Of a stretch of 12,147 bases of DNA, positions 9,380 through 12,147 are shown piece after piece. Every line of letters starts with the position of its first letter. Within the stretch, counting starts at the first letter, position 1. The stretch is from Paraspadella gotoi. Taxonomy: Eukaryota; Animalia; Chaetognatha. The notes under the pieces were generated by a model, which was not told where the DNA came from, searched no databases, and saw only the letters and a program-made list of their open reading frames with translations. Location of the stretch: positions 8,313 to 20,459 of the forward strand of contig JBJCIZ010000356.1 in the NCBI GenBank assembly GCA_051294375.1. The letters are read 5' to 3'. The translations under genes were made by a program, and so were the position numbers.

Positions 9380-9843
9380 TTTTGGCAGAAGATTTAGTGG
9401 TTAATAGTTTGATTTGGTCTTTTCATGCCATTAATATAAAAGAAAAACAAATTATTTCTGGAAGTAACATAATATCATTTAAGGAAAAACTCATGGATTT
9501 CTAGGGACGAAATCAAAGATAATAAAATAAAAGATTCCGCTATTTTAGAACATCTTTTTGATTGCACTAATACCTGTCAATTTCCTGACCCAGGGGTTAT
9601 TTGGGCTGATTGTAAAATAACAAATTAAAAAGATTGTCCTTAGAAAGTATTCACATTAAAAAGAATAAACTTAAAACAGTAAATAGAAATGAAGGAAATT
9701 TGAGCACTGAATGAGATAAGGCTCTTAAGGTCACCTTTGAAAATAAAAGACAGAAACCATTTGGTTTAAGGTCATCTCAAGCCTATAGAATTCAAAGGCA
9801 GAGAAGAGAAGAAATGGCCAGAGTGAGGAGAATGGATTTTTAG
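9380..9843 (+). pseudogene. Degenerate Penelope-like element GIY-YIG endonuclease (C-terminal remnant)
   Basis: Across frameshifts and stops: ...ISFKEKLMDF / RDEIKDNKIKDSAILEHLFDC (9503-9565) / LG*L*NNKLKRLSLESIHIKKNKLKTVNRNEGNLSTE*DKAL... (frame from 9601, ending at TAG 9841-9843). SAIxEH, KRxxxESIHI and NRxEGxxLxxxW occur in the order expected for Penelope endonucleases. The GIY/YIG motifs themselves are eroded. Confidence 0.7.
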
Positions 9844-10647
9844 CCATATGGAAGAGTAGATACCTTACCTAAAACTGTTTTGTGAATTTTGTGTCTCATT
9901 TTGTTATGCACATTTGAGGAAGACAGAAGTCTCTGAAGATCAGTGCTTATTTAAAAATAAAAATTAATATTATTGTATCGGCGGTGGCGAGCGTCGCCGT
10001 AGGGAGCAACGGCTCACAACGGTCCAGGACGACGAGAAAAAAAGAGAGCGATCTGGAATACGAAAAATAATCTTAGATTCAAAGTCTTCCCAAATTCGTA
10101 ATCGGGACGTCGCGACGACGATAATTGAAGAAGAAGGAAAAAGGGTTGGCTGAGGCAATCTGGGTTAGTTTTAGATAACGTTGTTGATTTACAATTTGGT
10201 AATTTCTTCAGTTGCCTCAAGAGTTACGTTCGAAACGGTTTTAAGACCGTTTATTTACCTTTAATCGAAATTTTAATTGTTTATTTGGATTGTTTACAAA
10301 CATCTTGGAAATACTTTTTAAATCATCGCCTGTTTTTAAACTTCTTTTGAAACCTCGATCGTCGCATTTGTAAAATAAGTCTGAAAGCAGAGGCAGCGCA
10401 AACAATTGTGTTACTTCCAGAAATAATTTGTTTTTCTTTTATATTAAAACACGCGAAGACCACATATAGGATCCAGTTTAATCATGAAAACCAAAGATTC
10501 AATTCCATTCCTAATGGCTACATCCCTCTGATTAAATATACAACTGAAATATATTGAGATTCATGAAATTGTTTCGTGTGATCAAAAAGAACTGGTGTAC
10601 TGAATGGTATATACACATTAACAATAGAAATTAACTGTCAATCTTAG

Positions 10648-10759
10648 GAAACATAGTTATAAAAGTAGACCAACAGATTCAAACTTGTGGCGTCAAAAAT
10701 TTGCCGATCAAAAATATCAAAAATCGCAATACAAAATTGCACCAGAATGGAAAATATAA
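10648..10759 (+). CDS. Possible short terminal exon, unidentified
   Basis: ttaactgtcaatcttag|g followed by xKHSYKSRPTDSNLWRQKFADQKYQKSQYKIAPEWKI*. No family recognised. Confidence 0.25.
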
Positions 10760-10789
10760 AAATTAATGATATTCTCATATCAAATACAA

Positions 10790-11270
10790 CAATTATGTCC
10801 GAACCCGTAGGGTAGGTCGAGGCCTCCTCGGTATCTCTCCGTCGCGTAGCTGTAACTGAAGCGAGTCGTCCAACGTCCTCGAAGCGTCGCATCGGAAAGA
10901 GTGGGCGACGAACGCCCGGCGCCCGATGGACGACGCCGTGAACGCCGTAGCGCGTCTTCGAAGACGGTAGAAACCCGCGGTCGCCGCCTACCGGCGCCGC
11001 GAGGGTAGTCGACGAGGCGTCACGAGTGTGGGTCTGAAGACGATGCCCACGAGCACGTCCACTAAGTCTATGGCCACAAGTCTAATCCACAGAGCCGTCC
11101 ACAAGTCTAAAACCACGAAGTCTCTGGCTCATAGGCCGGGGCCCGTAGGCTCACTAAAATGGTATCATCGCGTAAGATTGACGTGCGACGTGATGTGGGT
11201 GACTATGAGCTTCGTAAAAGGCCGTTTTTGGACGGGCTGAGAGAAGGTCTAGGAGTCTATGGCCTAATAT
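10790..11270. other. GC-rich block with mirror-image (reversed-not-complemented) sequence signature
   Basis: Hand count for 10801-11040: CA+TG about 11 vs AC+GT about 37. GAC/GTC far exceed CAG/CTG. The plain complement reads like ordinary GC-rich DNA (gcagcgcatcgacattgacttcgctcagcaggttgcaggagc...). Confidence 0.65.
11058..11129. repeat. Short degenerate tandem repeat (ccac[n]aagtct units)
   Basis: aagtct at 11064, 11078, 11103 and 11118, each preceded by ccac or ccac plus one base. gtctatggcc recurs at about 11255. Confidence 0.8.
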
Positions 11271-11459
11271 ATCTGGTAAAGAGAAAGAAAAGGGAGAGTA
11301 ATCCTCCAAGAAGAGCAAAAGCACAATCTACAAAAAGGTCAAAGAAATGGTAAAACAAAATGGCAAAGAAATAATAGAAATGGCATCGCCAATTTCTCTA
11401 CACCCGCCGCCTTTTCAGAAACTCGTAGAGTTCTGGAAGCTCTAGACCGAGTCTGTCTG

Positions 11460-11625
11460 AAGGGGATGATGTAGAGGAAGGGCTTATGAGGAAGAAAAGA
11501 ATTAGGAAAGAGGAAGAGAAGAATAAGAAAGAGGAGAGGAAGAAAAGAATAAGGAAAGAATAGAAAATCGAAATAAAATGGAAGAAAAAAAAATGAAATA
11601 AATTAAGAAAAAGGAGAAGGGGAAT
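11460..11625 (+). repeat. Purine-rich (GAA/GAG) low-complexity tract
   Basis: Almost entirely A/G. Confidence 0.85.
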
Positions 11626-12147
11626 GGATATTAATTTTATTAGTTCTAAAACCTGTCCGCCAACGGTACCTTTCTTTACTTTTTTTTTTAATGTTGATTG
11701 AACTGTAACTACTGCTTGAATGATAATTGAACACATTGTAACTAAGACTGTGAAAAGAACATAGTTTTCATAAATATTAAACGAAATGCTAAGTTAAGTC
11801 TAATTCTTAATAGAAAACTTTAGTGAGAAAATGAACGTTTAAAACAGAAGGAATATAAATGCTACTACATAGGAGATAATGTTTACTGTATTTCAGAAAT
11901 CAGAAAATAGAATCAAAGAAACTTACCTAAGTGCACCACGTCGGGATAATAGAGTTTTAAAGAAAACTGAAAATCGACGTCCGAAGATACTAAAGTTTAT
12001 AAGTTTCATATAAAACAGAGGGAGATTTTTACACGATTTCGAAACAAATTAACAAATACGTAAATAACGGTTTAAAAAAAAAAAAATTCTTTCAAGCATG
12101 ATTAAGAAACGTGATGATACGTCAAATCGATACGAACCATGATTAGT

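Noticed and set aside
10790-11270. RIP-type mutation as the cause of CA/TG depletion
   Set aside because: RIP drives sequence AT-rich, whereas this block is GC- and CpG-rich.
11028-11736. ORFs 11028..11240, 11159..11353 and 11398..11736
   Set aside because: No recognisable family; they derive from the suspect block or from the antisense of the purine-rich tract.

Overview
AT-rich eukaryotic (probably invertebrate) genomic DNA with a 465-nt assembly gap at 1795-2259. It is a patchwork of host exons and transposon remnants. In order: the 3' end of a gene with Cys-rich GCC2/GCC3 (ephrin-receptor-like) repeats; a degenerate foldback element; a ~250-nt GC-rich island that folds into hairpins plus a pseudoknot; a 5'-truncated BEL/Pao LTR retrotransposon (integrase C-half, PPT, 3' LTR, and an AT-hook tail hidden behind a premature stop); a Helentron/DINE-1-like non-autonomous element; an acidic terminal exon; and a frameshifted Penelope-like GIY-YIG endonuclease remnant. 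In the last ~2.2 kb (more weakly from ~8.5 kb), several blocks have a mirror-image dinucleotide signature. They look like ordinary DNA only when read backwards without complementing (equivalently, complemented without reversing). This is most likely an assembly or handling artefact and needs read-level checking. All counts were made by hand and are approximate; no database searches were run.
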